A DNA stretch of 49,224 nucleotides from a virus. Its lineage: Duplodnaviria > Heunggongvirae > Uroviricota > Caudoviricetes. The position numbers and the translations under genes were made by a program. This document shows positions 21,601 to 33,187 of this stretch, in pieces. The notes beneath the pieces are model-generated. The model ran no database searches, was not told the origin of the DNA, and saw nothing but the letters and a program-made list of their open reading frames with translations. Location: the IMG/VR virus record IMGVR_UViG_2563366934_000004; one strand, written 5' to 3'. Position 1 is the stretch's first letter. Every line of letters begins with the position of its first letter.

Positions 21601-23109
21601 TTATTCTTCGGACTGGTCGTCGGTGTGCTGCGGCTCCTGTCGTTTCGTTGCGGCACTGCTGCCTCCTTTATCACTGGCCGGATCGGTATCAAATACCAGA
21701 TCCAGCTTGCGGTTTTCATCAATTTCGGCCTTGCGCCGACGTTTGACATCATCCGGATTACGACCACCAGCACGTACCCAGTCTGATTCTGTCGCCGCTC
21801 CACCACGAATCTGGATTTTCCAGGCCTCAGCCTCCTTAACAGGGTCAATCCACGGCATCACCGGTCCGGAATACACCGCGGTATACAGTGAAGAACGGTC
21901 AAGATCGCGGGGTAGCCTGATAACACCGGATGCCACAGCCTGTTTCAGCCAGGCACGATACATCGGGCGGGTGACGGCACCAATAAACCAGTCCTGCAGG
22001 ATCAGGTAGCCATCAGTAGACTCAACCAGTTCCTGACGCTGGGCGCTGTAAGTGCCGTTATAGTTGCGTGCCGTACTGGAAAAACTCAGACGACTGCCCG
22101 CCGCCACGGCACGCAACTGACCATTACGAAAAGTTTCAAGGTTAGGATTGGGACGATCCGACTTCACCATTCCGATTTCTTCGCCGGGTTTCAGATCGTC
22201 GTAAATAATGCCTGGCTGAATGGTAAGCTCGCGTTCATTCTCCTTGCTGCCATTACCATCCGGTTCATAGCTCTGCCCGTCGCCTTTCCGGATGTACATC
22301 CCCAGAGCAGCGGCGATCCTTGCTGCAGTCAGCTCAGAATCTTCATACTCTTTCAGAGCACTGAGGCGGATCAGCACACCGGACAACAAAGACGTCCCGC
22401 GCATCTGGTGCAGACGGCGAACAAATTTAAGATGCAGCATTCGCTCTGCATCCACTTCTTTGGTTTCCATCTGCCGCCCGGATACGGGACGGCTTTTATA
22501 CACCAGATATTTTTCGGGACGCCCCCAGTCATCAACAAACACGCCCTGATTCAGCCTGTTGCTCTCATCACTGGTCATGGGAATAAAGTCCGGCTCGAGC
22601 GCCTCCAGCCAGAAATGAACACCGGCAGAAGGCGTCAGGCTGTTTATGCGCCCGGAAACCATCTGGGCAAACACCTCACCATCGCGCAGCCAGGTACGCA
22701 GCATCAGACGTTCCAGCATCGGACGGGTAAACTGCCCGGTGACCTCCGGACTGACAGACCATTCACTCCATCGGGTACGTATCTCCGCTGCCAGATCACG
22801 GGCAATGGCCCCATTGCGTAATACCGGATGTGGCTCGACAATAATCCCGTTTTTCCCCACCACCCGTTCTTCCAGCTTGTCAAATACACCAATGACCAGA
22901 TCGTGGTTGTTATCAAGGTAACGAGCCTGCTCACGTAACGACACGGCCCCGTACTGGCTTAACTGGTCGGCAGTTCGGTTCTCCCGTCGGGCTTTGTGTG
23001 TCCGCGTCGTTTTTACGGCCTCATAAGCCTGGATCACCGCACGGGAACGCAGCCTTGCCGCTTTCCATCCTGGTGAAAAAACGCCAATCACATCATCAAG
23101 AAATGCCAT
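21601..23109 (-). CDS. B: Portal protein (lambda B-like)
   Basis: About 502 aa from ATG 23107-23109 (MAFLDDVIGVF...); position between W-like gene and protease/capsid. Confidence 0.85.
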   Translation of the reverse strand: MAFLDDVIGVFSPGWKAARLRSRAVIQAYEAVKTTRTHKARRENRTADQLSQYGAVSLREQARYLDNNHDLVIGVFDKLEERVVGKNGIIVEPHPVLRNGAIARDLAAEIRTRWSEWSVSPEVTGQFTRPMLERLMLRTWLRDGEVFAQMVSGRINSLTPSAGVHFWLEALEPDFIPMTSDESNRLNQGVFVDDWGRPEKYLVYKSRPVSGRQMETKEVDAERMLHLKFVRRLHQMRGTSLLSGVLIRLSALKEYEDSELTAARIAAALGMYIRKGDGQSYEPDGNGSKENERELTIQPGIIYDDLKPGEEIGMVKSDRPNPNLETFRNGQLRAVAAGSRLSFSSTARNYNGTYSAQRQELVESTDGYLILQDWFIGAVTRPMYRAWLKQAVASGVIRLPRDLDRSSLYTAVYSGPVMPWIDPVKEAEAWKIQIRGGAATESDWVRAGGRNPDDVKRRRKAEIDENRKLDLVFDTDPASDKGGSSAATKRQEPQHTDDQSEE

Positions 23110-23321
23110 CAGAACCTCGCCAGCCGGTACCCGGGATGCCCCCGTCGTCGTGTAATCAGAGCCGCAAGGCGGCGCTCCCACTCCTGCCGCCCCTGCCGGA
23201 TCTCAGATAAGTTTTCCATGGTCATCTGCTGACCATTAAAAGTGACGGATTTTCCGTCCAGCACCGCCATTTCAGCTTCCGTATAACGCTGAATCATGGC
23301 TTCAATATCATTCTGATTCAT
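23109..23321 (-). CDS. W: Head-tail joining protein (gpW-like)
   Basis: About 70 aa; start at third codon of track ORF (ATG 23319-23321) with GGAGG RBS; follows terminase large subunit. Confidence 0.65.
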   Translation of the reverse strand: MNQNDIEAMIQRYTEAEMAVLDGKSVTFNGQQMTMENLSEIRQGRQEWERRLAALITRRRGHPGYRLARF

Positions 23322-25420
23322 AACCATCCTCCGGAAGTCAGCCAGGGGTTAACATCGTCAGTTACTGTTTTCTTCCGTTTTTGTTTTTTAACAGGCGTGG
23401 GTACCGGTTCCGGTGAGGGTGACGGTTCGGTACTGTCCGGGACACACTCCAGCCAGGTTTCCCGGCTCGCCCACTCCGGTGCATCCGGCCAGCGGATCTT
23501 TTCGTATCCATGCAGAATGACCAGAGCCTCGGCATACACCATCAGGTCAAAAGCTTCGTTGGCACCGCGACCCGGCTTACTCCATTTCCCGTCACTGCTC
23601 CGCTCTTCATACGTCAGTTCGTCGTAAAACCAGCTCCCCAGCCAGTCAGGGAAATGCACATAGCCGGGACCTGGCGAGTCACGCCATAACGCGTTATTCA
23701 CCCGGTCTTTCAGGGCATCCGTCTGAAGAAGCCAGAGCGGCACATCACCTGCGGCCTGCGCCCGTCGGCCCGTTCGTCCGGTGTTATCAGGGAATGTACG
23801 GGTGATCAGTTTTGCTCGCCGGATGCTGTCGCCCTTAAACAGGTAAATACGTTTACCAAGGCCATCACGACGGCAACGACGCCAGAATTTATAGGCATTA
23901 TCAGTGACCCCGTCTTCACCGCCGGAGTCCACCGCCATTGCCATCAGTCGCATTTGTTGAGAAGGGTCGGAGGCCAGCGGCCAGCTTTTATGAAAAACAT
24001 CCGTCAGCAGGACATCCCAGTCTTCCGGATAGCTGGCCGGATCAATTCGCTGGCTCTCCCCGTCGCTGTCACCGCGCAATGACTGCGTGATGTTGTAACG
24101 ATCAATAATCCAGCGTTCGCCACGGCTGCCATAGCCCGTTACCTGAACCACAAAACGGCGATGACGTCCCGCCTGCACATCCACTGTCGCCACAAGGAAA
24201 TTAACGCCATCCGGCACACTGCGGGAAGGAACTGGCTCTGCCCGCTGCTCAAGCAATTCACTTTTTCGTTGCTCCATGCTGGCGCGGGGAAGATAAGGTA
24301 ATCCCCAGTCGGTATTGATAACCGTCTTGAGTGTCTCTTCACTTCCGGTTGTCTCGTATTCCTGTTCTGCAGTAAGCAGTTTGTAAACGAGTTGCGAGAG
24401 TGTCTGATAAGCAGCTGCCGGACCCTCCATCCAGAATGACGCAATACGTGAACGCCGGGGATCACCATAACGACTGCCATCTGCATTGATGGATTCACCA
24501 TCCCGTAACCAGACCCCACGTCCGTTCAGCTCGCGTTTTTGTTCAGGCAAAATCCGTCCTGAACAGGAAGGACACTGAATATAAGCCGCCTCACTTGCCA
24601 GCACAGGATCGGCAATATCACGGAAACCAGCAACCACATCGCCGCAGGGCTGAAAATACTCACCACAGTGTGGACAGGGCCAGTACCAGCGACGGCGATC
24701 GCCACGGTTATAGAGCGACAGGATCCCCGTGGTTGGTGGAGCCTCATGCGGTGAAGTCCGTCGCCATTTCACATCCTTCACATCCCTGCCGGGGGAACTC
24801 TCCACAAGCGTCATACCACTGGACATAAATGTGGTGGTACGTTTTGAGGCAAGAGAGAAGGCATCCCCCTCACCATCAATATCTTCCGGAAAACGGTCAT
24901 AATCCGTCAGCGCCACGCATTTATAATCTGATGAAGACATGATATTGACTGACGGCCAGCCGATTTTCAGGTAGTTGCCAGCAAGGAATGTTCTGTCATA
25001 AACGTTGTTGTCATTTTTGTTCGGACTCAGGCGACTGACCACTTCCGGGCTGACGCGAAACGTTCTGGCGAGTCGTTTTTTGGAGTGTTCGCGGGCTTTT
25101 TCCTCCGTCATCTGAATGATCAGCATATCAGCAGGATCGCAAATCACGTTGTAAATCACCCAGCCGTCAATCAGGCCGATAGTCTTGCCGGTTCGTGCCG
25201 GGCCAACAAATATCACTGCGTCGTATTCACGCGAGGCCAGGCAGTTCATCGGCTCAATAACATACGGTGCCACCAGCGGATCCCACGGGACTGAGTTCCC
25301 TGCCCCCATGGGCACCCGCATATACTGAGCAACGGCATCAGCAACCCGCATTCGTCTCGGTGCGCGAAGGATATAACCTGAATCGGTTCGTGCTGCCTTT
25401 GCGGTTTCCTGATTCAGCAT
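23318..25420 (-). CDS. A: Terminase large subunit (lambda A-like)
   Basis: 700 aa; ATG 25418-25420 overlaps stop of small subunit; Walker A-like VGPARTGKT near N-terminus. Confidence 0.9.
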   Translation of the reverse strand: MLNQETAKAARTDSGYILRAPRRMRVADAVAQYMRVPMGAGNSVPWDPLVAPYVIEPMNCLASREYDAVIFVGPARTGKTIGLIDGWVIYNVICDPADMLIIQMTEEKAREHSKKRLARTFRVSPEVVSRLSPNKNDNNVYDRTFLAGNYLKIGWPSVNIMSSSDYKCVALTDYDRFPEDIDGEGDAFSLASKRTTTFMSSGMTLVESSPGRDVKDVKWRRTSPHEAPPTTGILSLYNRGDRRRWYWPCPHCGEYFQPCGDVVAGFRDIADPVLASEAAYIQCPSCSGRILPEQKRELNGRGVWLRDGESINADGSRYGDPRRSRIASFWMEGPAAAYQTLSQLVYKLLTAEQEYETTGSEETLKTVINTDWGLPYLPRASMEQRKSELLEQRAEPVPSRSVPDGVNFLVATVDVQAGRHRRFVVQVTGYGSRGERWIIDRYNITQSLRGDSDGESQRIDPASYPEDWDVLLTDVFHKSWPLASDPSQQMRLMAMAVDSGGEDGVTDNAYKFWRRCRRDGLGKRIYLFKGDSIRRAKLITRTFPDNTGRTGRRAQAAGDVPLWLLQTDALKDRVNNALWRDSPGPGYVHFPDWLGSWFYDELTYEERSSDGKWSKPGRGANEAFDLMVYAEALVILHGYEKIRWPDAPEWASRETWLECVPDSTEPSPSPEPVPTPVKKQKRKKTVTDDVNPWLTSGGWL

Positions 25421-25914
25421 TACTCCTCCTGCTGTAATTCCTCCTCATCATCCGCACCTGCTTCAGTCACCCGCAGGGCTATCTGATCGCGCAGATCATC
25501 AATAATGGACTGAACACGGCTCACAGCGGCAGGCTGCAGACCGCAGTCACGTTCCAGAATATCCGGTAATGTCTCCAGCACCTGCACGACCGCTTTTGCC
25601 CAGATGGCAAACTCCCGTCTGACATCACTGGCCGGAATGAGTTGCGCCGTTTCCTGTTCGAACTTAAGACGCTCACGTTCAGACTGATACCAGGCTTTGC
25701 GCTCATGCGCGTCCATTTCGCCTTCTGCAACCGGCGGTGGTAATGCCAGAAATGCCGACACAATATCAACCACCCGATAAAGCTTGAGGTTGCTTTCATG
25801 CCCCCCTGCAACGGGTAGATTTTGCAGCCTTGCCGCAGCAGTCTGGCGATGTACACCTGACAGTGCCGCCAGTTGACTGATATTCAGCGTCAGATTTTTT
25901 AACTCTCGATCCAT
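25420..25914 (-). CDS. nohA: Terminase small subunit (Nu1/NohA-like, N-terminal HTH)
   Basis: 164 aa, ATG 25912-25914; immediately downstream (minus sense) of cos-like sequence. Confidence 0.8.
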   Translation of the reverse strand: MDRELKNLTLNISQLAALSGVHRQTAAARLQNLPVAGGHESNLKLYRVVDIVSAFLALPPPVAEGEMDAHERKAWYQSERERLKFEQETAQLIPASDVRREFAIWAKAVVQVLETLPDILERDCGLQPAAVSRVQSIIDDLRDQIALRVTEAGADDEEELQQEE

Positions 25915-25929
25915 ACCCGCTCCAGAATG

Positions 25930-26110
25930 TTTTAAACATGCATCTTGCGAACGACTTTAGGCAAACGGTGTTAGTGATGAACAAAAAACAATCAAAATCG
26001 ACACCACAAAAATAAAAATACTGTAATATCAATCTATTACAGTAGTGGTGATGACGGATGAAATTTCAAAAACTAGCCTTTTTCCGCGACGCTCCCGCCC
26101 CGTGGTAGGG
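25930..26110 (-). other. cos region (cosN cohesive-end site about 26089..26100 plus cosB)
   Basis: Minus-strand GGGCGGGAGCGTCGCGG... closely resembles recalled lambda left end GGGCGGCGACCTCGCGG...; located just upstream of Nu1-like gene. Confidence 0.5.
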
Positions 26111-26466
26111 ACCCCCACTGGGAGGACCCGACAGCCTGACAACCGTTACGAGCATCTGAAACAGAGCTTTACATAATGGCATGGGGATAATTCAGAAGGA
26201 CATCACAGCATGCCCACACAAATTAGTGTGAGTGTCCTGTTTCTTACTACGCGCAGGACTGACGAGCATGAGGGGAAAATACGCGAACCGAAATGCCTTA
26301 TCTTCAGAAATGCAGCCGGCATCCGAACTGGACGATATTGTAAATTCACCTAAATACGAGGCATTGCTGTAGTTGAATTGCAGTACTGTATTAGCCTTAC
26401 AGTGACAGAATACGATATTGACTCTGTCACTTGTGAAATGGTCAGAATGGTTAGCAGTTATGGTGA

Positions 26467-26673
26467 TCAGTCAACCACCAGGGAATAATCCTTCGTATTC
26501 TTATCGTGCTTTACTAACGCGGCCTCAATTGCCCTGAATGCTTCCAGAGATACTTGATGTTCTATACATGCAATTACAACATCCGGGTAACCCATCGAAA
26601 TGGTGCTATTAAGCATAGTTTTTACACGAACCTGCTCCTGGGAGGGGGCATCAGTGTATTGATCTTTATGCAT
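26467..26673 (-). CDS. Conserved lambdoid small protein of unknown function (near cos)
   Basis: 68 aa, ATG 26671-26673; the surrounding DNA resembles a recalled lambda right-arm segment. Confidence 0.45.
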   Translation of the reverse strand: MHKDQYTDAPSQEQVRVKTMLNSTISMGYPDVVIACIEHQVSLEAFRAIEAALVKHDKNTKDYSLVVD

Positions 26674-26968
26674 TTTGTCGCTCCATTCGTTTGCTCTTCA
26701 CTTGCGGCTAAAAATATAACGTCAAATCACTCAGCATGAAAGAGTGAAAGTTTCAGCGCGTTTCCCTTACATAATCTGTCGTTTGTATTCTCTTCAGGCA
26801 TACCGGAAAGACTAGGTATTGTCACACAACCAATACCATCGACAATCGAGATTTATATCTATTCGGTAATGTTTAAATATAACAAAACCCCGTAAAAACG
26901 AGGTTTATGGGTAATTTGTATTGTTGAATAGCATCTGATGAGAAATTGATGCTAATACTATAAACATG

Positions 26969-27145
26969 CTAGATTAAATCGATCTTGATATCATAGCTTT
27001 CAAGACCAGTCATTTTTTCCCGTGCAGTAAACTGGATACTGGTAACTTCTTTCCCGGTCTTTTTCTTAAGCTCAATGATTTTTTTTGTTATATATTCAGA
27101 AATATCTGCTTCTGTTTTTGTTTTTAACTCTTCAATGTTCATCAT
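26969..27145 (-). CDS. gnsB: GnsA/GnsB-family protein
   Basis: 58-aa ORF found by hand (below the track size cut-off): MMNIEELKTKTEADISEYITKKIIELKKKTGKEVTSIQFTAREKMTGLESYDIKIDLI, close to recalled GnsA/GnsB. Confidence 0.7.
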   Translation of the reverse strand: MMNIEELKTKTEADISEYITKKIIELKKKTGKEVTSIQFTAREKMTGLESYDIKIDLI

Positions 27146-27314
27146 TTCCTCTTTTAGTCTGTTATGACTGTCCTAGTACACAGTAGTGTCAATTATATGG
27201 AGCAAACGTATAAAAGATAAGATGAAACATCGCAATAATCAACATACGACGGTCTAAATTTCACACAAACAGATAAAGATGATTATCATTTATTATCAAT
27301 GCATTAGAATCAAA

Positions 27315-27545
27315 TCAATTCAAGAGTCTCATTGCTGCTTCCAGAATTTCTTCTGAAGTTACATGTCGATCCGCTGCTACATAAATGACTTTATGATCTC
27401 CGGTCAGAGATGGAAACCCTGCAGCCATTACAGTGAGGTGTGTTGTTTCGCCATTTGGATATTCACGCATGATGGTGTTAACTCCGGTCATCACTGGCAC
27501 TACCATTGCTGGTTCAGAGTTAAAAAAAACTATTATTTTTTTCAT
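27315..27545 (-). CDS. Hypothetical small prophage protein (YnfN-position)
   Basis: ORF from ATG 27543-27545 (MKKIIVFFNSEPAMVV...); no clear RBS; assignment by position only. Confidence 0.4.
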   Translation of the reverse strand: MKKIIVFFNSEPAMVVPVMTGVNTIMREYPNGETTHLTVMAAGFPSLTGDHKVIYVAADRHVTSEEILEAAMRLLN

Positions 27546-27816
27546 AATGTTACCGTAATATGTGAGTATCCATCGACTAGACACTAAGCAAAAAAGCTCC
27601 CGAAGGAGCCTTCATTTTCACTTTCTTAAATCTAACGACAGATGGCTAACATTTAAGTATTGTGAAATATTATCAAATGTAATCATCATTGATTTACAAA
27701 AGATACATTTTGCCCCGAAAGGATTTCTGTCAGAAACATCAAAAGATGATGTTCTATACTGAGAACCATGGCAACACGGGCATCTAAAGTGAATATGGTT
27801 TGTAATATTTTCTACC

Positions 27817-28029
27817 TCAAAGTGCCACTACATGAACAGCTGCAGGGCCTTTAGGTCCGTTCTCAATACCAAATTCGACTTCCTGATTCTCAGTTAACGT
27901 TTTGAAATCGTTGCTCTGAATAGCTGAGAAATGCACAAACACATCTTTGCTACCATCTTTCGGCGTGATGAAACCAAAACCTTTTTCAGGGTTAAACCAT
28001 TTCACTAAACCAGTCATTTTGTTAGACAT
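27817..28029 (-). CDS. cspI: Cold shock protein (CspA family)
   Basis: 70 aa; [21 protein letters not shown]... with RNP1/RNP2 motifs; long upstream leader typical of csp genes. Confidence 0.9.
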   Translation of the reverse strand: MSNKMTGLVKWFNPEKGFGFITPKDGSKDVFVHFSAIQSNDFKTLTENQEVEFGIENGPKGPAAVHVVAL

Positions 28030-28392
28030 CATTATTACCTTTTGAAGAAGTTAGCCCTTGGGCAGAATGGTCCGAAAAAAAATATCAGAGAGAAAAACCA
28101 ACAAGGAAATCTCAAGAGGTACAAATAATAAAATTATAACAATGACTGCTTCAGATAATTTTGTAACAAACCAGAACACCATTAACGCATGATTAACCAA
28201 CCATAGCAAGGATTACTTTTGTAAAGAAAAACACACGAATGAAACAATAGCTTTATTTATTAATAAAACGTGTCATTCTGTCTAATGACCTTTTATCTTA
28301 CCCTTAAGATTTCAAGGATTTTGACTCATGGAAGAGTCCTTTTTATTTAAATTTCACATTCAGCGCTAAAAATAATCCGATTTAATATTAAT

Positions 28393-29416
<1,024 letters not shown>

Positions 29417-29420
<4 letters not shown>

Positions 29421-29728
29421 AGATATTTATGATGAGGACGCTCGTGCTTATTGGCAGGATTTTCAATCTTAAAGGAGTACTGATGCTGCAGATAAGACTC
29501 AACTTTTTCTGACAATTTTTCTGCTACTTCCAGGAAGACTTGCCGGACGCTCATTCTGGCTGCTGCCTCATAAAACTCCAGCGCAGCTCCTTCAACACGG
29601 TCCATGGCGACATCCAGGCCAAAAATTTCACCGTCAAAGCGTTCTTTGTCCTGTAAGGCTACAGTTACCGTAACTTTATTCTCAAAATTACGGACTCCTT
29701 TCACAACCAGTTCATAGTCTTGAGTCAT
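29417..29728 (-). CDS. ydfR: YdfR-family protein (DUF1327)
   Basis: 103 aa between holin and endolysin, as in Qin. Confidence 0.65.
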
Positions 29729-29732
29729 TGGA

Positions 29733-29948
29733 TTACTCTCCTCTCGCAGCCTTACGCCTGTCTTCTTTAATCTTGAAATAAAGATTTGTCAGGTACGTCA
29801 GCAGGCCAAATACCAGGCTACCCAGCACACCTATTGCTGCCCACTGTGAGGGCGTGACTTTATCGAGCAGCTGTAAAAACCAGTAGCCAGCACTGCCTGC
29901 GGAGGTGCCGTAGGCAATGCCTGTTGAAATTTTGTCCATGGATTTCAT
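29733..29948 (-). CDS. essQ: Pinholin S21-like (class II holin) with dual-start motif
   Basis: 71 aa from [26 protein letters not shown]... matches recalled phage 21 S; two TMs; MKSM dual start (antiholin/holin). Confidence 0.85.
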   Translation of the reverse strand: MKSMDKISTGIAYGTSAGSAGYWFLQLLDKVTPSQWAAIGVLGSLVFGLLTYLTNLYFKIKEDRRKAARGE

Positions 29949-30199
29949 AGCCTCACCTCCGCACGGAACGGATGGCATAGTTATTATGTGTAGGCTTCCA
30001 GACACATCAATCAGAGCCTTAATTGATATATATGCTGGAGACGATGCAATATAAAAAGCTCGCCGTAGCGAGCTAATAAAATGTATTTCTCTGATATTAT
30101 GTTTATTTGTATTAGCTCAGACTTGACATCACAGGTTTCGTATATAGAACATCATCAAATCTGTCAGTTTGCTATGAATGAGATATAGTAATTGAAGAG

Positions 30200-30595
30200 C
30201 TAACCTCGCATGTCAAAGCCAGATTTCTGAAAATCTCTGTAGACTTCCGGATTGTTGAAGGCCGGAAATTTGGCTTTATGAGCTGCGGACTTTATCGCTT
30301 CGCAATAGGCTTTATCACCGTTACTGGTAGATATTTTTAACGCCGTGCCATCCTGAGAGAATTCCATATGCAACCTGCATTTTTTCCCTTTCCAGTTATG
30401 CGGCTCATCAAGTTTGGCATTAATTGCAGCTCTGATTCCCCGCGCTTGCGCCCCCCATTCATCCTGATCATCCCAGCGTCCTGAACTACAACTACCTGTA
30501 GCAGTAGTTTTGTGGCAATCTGAAGGGTGTAAAGGTGTGCATCCCGCAACAAAACCGACCCAAAAAGTCAACATAACGATTTTCTTTAATCCCAC
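30200..30595 (-). CDS. Lipoprotein with TolA C-terminal (domain III)-like fold
   Basis: 131 aa; GTG start with GAGGAG RBS; signal peptide + lipobox VAGC; C-terminal region aligns with TolA domain III pattern (GKKCRLHMEFSQDGTALKIS..GDKAYCEAIKSAA...NNPEVYRDF). Confidence 0.6.
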   Translation of the reverse strand: MGLKKIVMLTFWVGFVAGCTPLHPSDCHKTTATGSCSSGRWDDQDEWGAQARGIRAAINAKLDEPHNWKGKKCRLHMEFSQDGTALKISTSNGDKAYCEAIKSAAHKAKFPAFNNPEVYRDFQKSGFDMRG

Positions 30596-30745
30596 TTCTT
30601 GCTCCTCAATCCATTAAAATCTCAGCAATAGTAGTTGTTACGTCCGCCACTGGCTCAGAGCTGACTATCCGCTAAATTTAGCTCAGTGCCGTAGTTGTGT
30701 CAGAACAAACCTAAGCCGAAACCGTTTATTACAAAACAATAAATA

Positions 30746-31174
30746 TCAGGGTTTAAAATCCAGCACCCCATTTTGAAATACTTTATATACTTCCGGCGAA
30801 GGGGGGGCAGGTATATCAGCATTCTTTATCGCATTCATCGCTTCACGACATAAATCGAGGTCTCCACTTTCTCTTTTAACCTCCAGTAGAAGGCCATTCG
30901 GGGCCATATGCATTCTCAGTGTACACTCTTTTCCTGAATACTTACTCGCATCCCCGAACTGTTTTTCGATGGCGCTCTTGATTTGATGGGCATACAGACG
31001 GATATCCTCACTAACATCAGAAGTACGTTCAGATGAACTCACATACTGTGTCTCTATTGCTTTATCGGAGTAATATGATGTACGGTCATGATAATTTGTC
31101 GATACAGCATCAGTGCACCCGATAATAATCCCACTAATAATCAACGTAAGAATTGATGCGCTACGAAAACCCAT
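30746..31174 (-). CDS. Lipoprotein with TolA C-terminal (domain III)-like domain
   Basis: 142 aa; ATG with GAGGA RBS; lipobox IIGC; C-terminus YAHQIKSAIEKQFGDASKYSGKECTLRMHMAPNGLLLEVKRESGDLDLCREAMNAIKNADIPAPPSPEVYKVFQNGVLDFKP closely parallels recalled E. coli TolA C-terminus (...GQIKSAIESKF.DAS.YAGKTCTLRIKLAPDGMLLDIKPEGGDPALCQAALAAAKLAKIPKPPSQAVYEVFKNAPLDFKP). Confidence 0.7.
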   Translation of the reverse strand: MGFRSASILTLIISGIIIGCTDAVSTNYHDRTSYYSDKAIETQYVSSSERTSDVSEDIRLYAHQIKSAIEKQFGDASKYSGKECTLRMHMAPNGLLLEVKRESGDLDLCREAMNAIKNADIPAPPSPEVYKVFQNGVLDFKP

Positions 31175-32024
31175 TTTTCCTCACATATGTCATATAGTAA
31201 AGGATTATATATACCGTTGTTTTGGACGCTCAAACAGCGAATCAGATCAAATAAAACGCACATTTGTTAACATTTACACAAAGTCTGCGTGGGATATTCT
31301 GAAAGAATATCCATAATGTGGAGAGAATCTATTAAAGTGCATGGTGCCGGATGCCTCCCGGTGAATTCAGTACCAGCACCTGAATCCGCGATTATCCCAT
31401 ATACCTACTCGCTGATTGCCCCTCCGCACAGGGGGATTCACCATGCCAGTTTCTTTTAACAAACTCCCCGCAAACCAGAGAACAGTCAACCGCCTGAATT
31501 GTGAAGTATTTAAAAATTTCTCCCGCTAACTGATACCCGGCTAACAGTCTGGCGTTTTCTTTTTCAGCAACGGGAAAGCAACAACCACCACACCCGCCAC
31601 CAGCACACCGTCAGCCAGCACTGACATTATCCGGCTGCTGCAATGCCATTCACAAAAACAGTAAGCAATCACTTTTTACCGTAACAGGTGATAATCCAGA
31701 TATGTATCTACCCCAGATGAGTAATCCGAAGTTCATCCATACCACAGGTCCTGGCTATTCTGTTGTACTCCTGAACAAGAGCAAATAATTCTGAATTAGC
31801 AACCATGAACTCATCGCAAACCCTCTGTATAGCATCACTATTCAGAATAATAACGTCTCTTCCCGAAAGACGATCAGGAGCACAGAACAAAACTGTCAAA
31901 CGGCTGAAGGCCTTTGCTCGTGCTGCATTGACTATATCAATACGCTGCCTAAGGATGAATGATCTTACCCAGCAATAGTGGACACGCGGCTAAGTGAGTA
32001 AACTCTCAGTCAGAGGTGACTCAC

Positions 32025-32324
32025 ATGACAAAAACAGTATCAACCAGTAAAAAACCCCGTAAACAGCATTCGCCTGAATTTCGCAGTGAAGCCCTGAAGC
32101 TTGCTGAACGCATCGGTGTTACTGCCGCAGCCCGTGAACTCAGCCTGTATGAATCACAGCTCTACAACTGGCGCAGTAAACAGCAAAATCAGCAGACGTC
32201 TTCTGAACGTGAACTGGAGATGTCTACCGAGATTGCACGTCTCAAACGCCAGCTGGCAGAACGGGATGAAGAGCTGGCTATCCTCCAAAAGGCCGCGACA
32301 TACTTCGCGAAGCGCCTGAAATGA
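32025..32324 (+). CDS. insE: IS3 transposase OrfA (InsE)
   Basis: [32 protein letters not shown]... HTH + leucine zipper; matches recalled IS3 InsE. Confidence 0.9.
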
Positions 32325-33187
32325 AGTATGTCTTTATTGAAAAACATCAGGCTGAGTTCAGCATCAAAGCAATGTGCCGCGTGCTCCGGGTGGCCCGCAG
32401 CGGCTGGTATACGTGGTGTCAGCGGCGGACAAGGATAAGCACGCGTCAGCAGTTCCGCCAACACTGCGACAGCGTTGTCCTCGCGGCTTTTACCCGGTCA
32501 AAACAGCGTTACGGTGCCCCACGCCTGACGGATGAACTGCGTGCTCAGGGTTACCCCTTTAACGTAAAAACCGTGGCGGCAAGCCTGCGCCGTCAGGGAC
32601 TGAGGGCAAAGGCCTCCCGGAAGTTCAGCCCGGTCAGCTACCGCGCACACGGCCTGCCTGTGTCAGAAAATCTGTTGGAGCAGGATTTTTACGCCAGTGG
32701 CCCGAACCAGAAGTGGGCAGGAGACATCACGTACTTACGTACAGATGAAGGCTGGCTGTATCTGGCAGTGGTCATTGACCTGTGGTCACGTGCCGTTATT
32801 GGCTGGTCAATGTCGCCACGCATGACGGCGCAACTGGCCTGCGATGCCCTGCAGATGGCGCTGTGGCGGCGTAAGAGGCCCCGGAACGTTATCGTTCACA
32901 CGGACCGTGGAGGCCAGTACTGTTCAGCAGATTATCAGGCGCAACTGAAGCGGCATAATCTGCGTGGAAGTATGAGCGCAAAAGGTTGCTGCTACGATAA
33001 TGCCTGCGTGGAAAGCTTCTTTCATTCGCTGAAAGTGGAATGTATCCATGGAGAACACTTTATCAGCCGGGAAATAATGCGGGCAACGGTGTTTAATTAT
33101 ATCGAATGTGATTACAATCGGTGGCGGCGGCACAGTTGGTGTGGCGGCCTCAGTCCGGAACAATTTGAAAACAAGAACCTCGCTTAG
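32321..33187 (+). CDS. insF: IS3 transposase OrfB (InsF; DDE integrase-like, expressed as OrfAB by -1 frameshift)
   Basis: 288 aa overlapping the orfA stop; DDE-type catalytic region. Confidence 0.9.
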
